Of a DNA stretch of 24,122 nucleotides, positions 22,568 through 24,122 are shown in pieces; positions within the stretch are counted from its first letter, which is position 1, and the number at the start of each line of letters is the position of its first letter. The notes beneath the pieces are model-generated. The model was not told where the DNA came from and did not search any database. It saw only the letters and a program-made list of their open reading frames with translations. Both the position numbers and the translations under genes were made by a program. The stretch is from NCBI GenBank assembly GCA_012086945.1, contig GCA_012086945.1_3922.1; one strand, written 5' to 3'. The stretch is from a phage.

Positions 22568-23083
22568 ATGTATCTGTCAAATCTGAAACGTTCGGCTGCA
22601 ATGTCAGTTCTAAGACTCAGCTTTGAGGAACGTCAAGAGTTCATTGACTCCCACCAATACGACCCTTCTAACTCAAATCACATGATTCTCTGGAATCGTG
22701 AGAGCACTCGTGAAAGAGCACTATTCCGCTATTACCCACACTACACTATAGATAATTTGTATGAATGTTTTGTTGTGAAGAACACCATTACAGTTCTCAA
22801 TAAACTTTGCAGATACACAGATAGTCAATCCTTCACATTAGGTCACCACAAGCCTGTTACAAAAGGTGGTGAACATCACTGTGCAAACTGGTTTATTCAG
22901 ACTAAAGCTGATAATCAAAAGCAAGGAGATAGCCTTCTAAGCACTCCCAAGATGACCTATGAAGAGCAAGAGAAATATATCAAAAATAATATGCCAGATG
23001 TGCTTGACAACAACTATACAGATTTGGCAATATCTCTCCTGTTGAAGTTCGAGACAGTTTATAGGGCAACTTACAATGGCTAA
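22568..23083 (+). CDS. putative HNH-family nuclease (171 aa)
   Basis: LGHHKPVTKGGEHHCANWFIQTKADNQKQGD fits the HH-x-P-x3-GG ... N ... N-x-K HNH core. Confidence 0.5.
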   Translation: MYLSNLKRSAAMSVLRLSFEERQEFIDSHQYDPSNSNHMILWNRESTRERALFRYYPHYTIDNLYECFVVKNTITVLNKLCRYTDSQSFTLGHHKPVTKGGEHHCANWFIQTKADNQKQGDSLLSTPKMTYEEQEKYIKNNMPDVLDNNYTDLAISLLLKFETVYRATYNG

Positions 23084-23354
23084 AGAAAAGTGGGAGATTT
23101 TACCACTAGTCAGTGAGGGTGGTAATGGTTGTGAAATGTACATGATACGTGGTCATGTCCCAGAACCAATTGCACTTGAGATGGTAAACAATTTTACAGA
23201 TGGCTCTTACAAAGACTTGGGAGAACCAACTGTCAAGCAACAATGGGTTAAACCTGTACCAGACAGCACAGGTAACTGTAGTGTACTTTATCACGTTGTA
23301 GACCCTGCAAAATGCAAATCTGCAATGGCAGTAACAAACGTAACTTTTGATTGA
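23076..23354 (+). CDS. hypothetical protein (92 aa)
   Basis: ATG overlaps the upstream stop; weak SD. Confidence 0.4.
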   Translation: MAKEKWEILPLVSEGGNGCEMYMIRGHVPEPIALEMVNNFTDGSYKDLGEPTVKQQWVKPVPDSTGNCSVLYHVVDPAKCKSAMAVTNVTFD

Positions 23355-23366
23355 GAGAGAGAGAGA
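23353..23366 (+). repeat. (GA)7 dinucleotide microsatellite directly upstream of ATG 23372
   Basis: gagagagagagaga read directly from sequence. Confidence 0.9.
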
Positions 23367-23371
23367 AAACT

Positions 23372-23836
23372 ATGATTTTTTGCAATTCCCAGAAGCATGT
23401 AATAGAGATTCTATATAAGGAGTTTGGTACAGAGAACACCTTTGACTCAAATGAAGCAATTGATGTACTAAGAGAAAAAAGCCTCTTTATAAGAGGTCAA
23501 TCAATTAACAATGCTCGTGGCTACCTAACAGTGCTAAGGCAATCCGGTGTACTGATAACTGTAGGCCAAATAAAAAGTAAGGGGAGACTAAGCATCAACC
23601 AGATTAACCGAGCTTTTATGGAGAAACACCCACAACTATCACGAATGTTAGATGATGGACATGGGGAGGTAAAGAGCCTTCAAAAAACAACCTCGACCGA
23701 TGTTAATTCAGTTGACATACAACCAGATGTTAGGTATTTTATTGAGGATGTGATGTTTAAAACAATGGATGAAGCAGTTGAACACTGTAAAAAACATCTG
23801 ATTAAAGTTAAACGTGCAAAGATTGTTTGGGAATAA
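23372..23836 (+). CDS. hypothetical protein, first copy of a tandem paralogue pair (track 23351..23836 shortened to ATG 23372)
   Basis: The track start is TTG inside the GA repeat; ATG 23372 gives MIFCNSQKHVIEILYKEFGTENTFDSNEAIDVLRE..., paralogous to the next ORF. Confidence 0.55.
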   Translation: MIFCNSQKHVIEILYKEFGTENTFDSNEAIDVLREKSLFIRGQSINNARGYLTVLRQSGVLITVGQIKSKGRLSINQINRAFMEKHPQLSRMLDDGHGEVKSLQKTTSTDVNSVDIQPDVRYFIEDVMFKTMDEAVEHCKKHLIKVKRAKIVWE

Positions 23837-23869
23837 TACTTCAAAAACTTCTATTGAGAGAAAAAGAAC

Positions 23870-24122
23870 ATGTTAAGTTCATTTTACATAGCACTGACTG
23901 AGATTCTATATAAAGAATTTGGTACAGATACCATCTTTGACTCTAATGAGGCTATAAAAGCTCTCAGAAGTGGAAGTGACTGCCTAAGTAAAAGCCCTAT
24001 AGCAAACATTCGGTATTACTTGACCACAATGCGTAAAATGGGGCTACTGATGGCTGTAAGTCAGGGAACAAAAGACTGTGCTTCTCTATACCTAAACCAA
24101 CTAAATAAAATGATGATAGAGA
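23870..24122 (+). CDS. hypothetical protein, second copy of the tandem paralogue pair, 3' end truncated by window edge
   Basis: Hand translation MLSSFYIALTEILYKEFGTDTIFDSNEAIKALRSGSD...YYLTTMRKMGLLMAVSQ aligns with the 23372..23836 product; the nucleotide sequences are also similar. Confidence 0.5.
   Translation, partial: MLSSFYIALTEILYKEFGTDTIFDSNEAIKALRSGSDCLSKSPIANIRYYLTTMRKMGLLMAVSQGTKDCASLYLNQLNKMMIE

Noticed and set aside
22937-23439. Minus-strand track ORFs 22937..23143, 23106..23294, 23248..23439
   Set aside because: Antisense to a co-directional, translationally coupled plus-strand gene series; no SD; judged spurious.
1-24122. CRISPR arrays, tRNA or rRNA genes, integrase or attachment sites
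   Set aside because: No regularly spaced direct repeats, no cloverleaf-like structures recognised in intergenic regions, and no recombinase motifs seen by eye. tRNA absence cannot be guaranteed without tRNAscan.

Overview
This window reads as an AT-rich segment of a lytic double-stranded DNA bacteriophage genome carrying its DNA replication and nucleotide metabolism genes. No single undescribed system could be pinned down from sequence alone; the best candidates for novelty are the uncharacterised early-region pair (including a strongly acidic protein), a tandem paralogue pair preceded by a GA microsatellite, and an unknown cassette splitting nrdD from nrdG. The minus strand (1..4463) carries a run of small genes (two zinc-ribbon paralogues, a lipobox lipoprotein) followed by a family A DNA polymerase of T7 gp5 type. 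A 226-bp AT-rich divergent control region (4494..4719) separates it from a long plus-strand array: two unknown early proteins, a T4 gp1-like dNMP kinase, a T7 gp4-like primase-helicase, a putative gp2.5-like SSB, a gp6-like 5'-3' exonuclease, a free-standing HNH-AP2 endonuclease, then aerobic RNR (nrdA, nrdB), a glutaredoxin, and anaerobic RNR (nrdD, nrdG). Plus-strand operons are punctuated by hairpin plus T-tract terminators, and two host sigma70-type promoters flank the short gene pair upstream of the SSB. No rRNA, tRNA or CRISPR array was recognised. All functional calls rest on motif recognition by eye and recalled similarity to T7 and T4 proteins, not on database searches.
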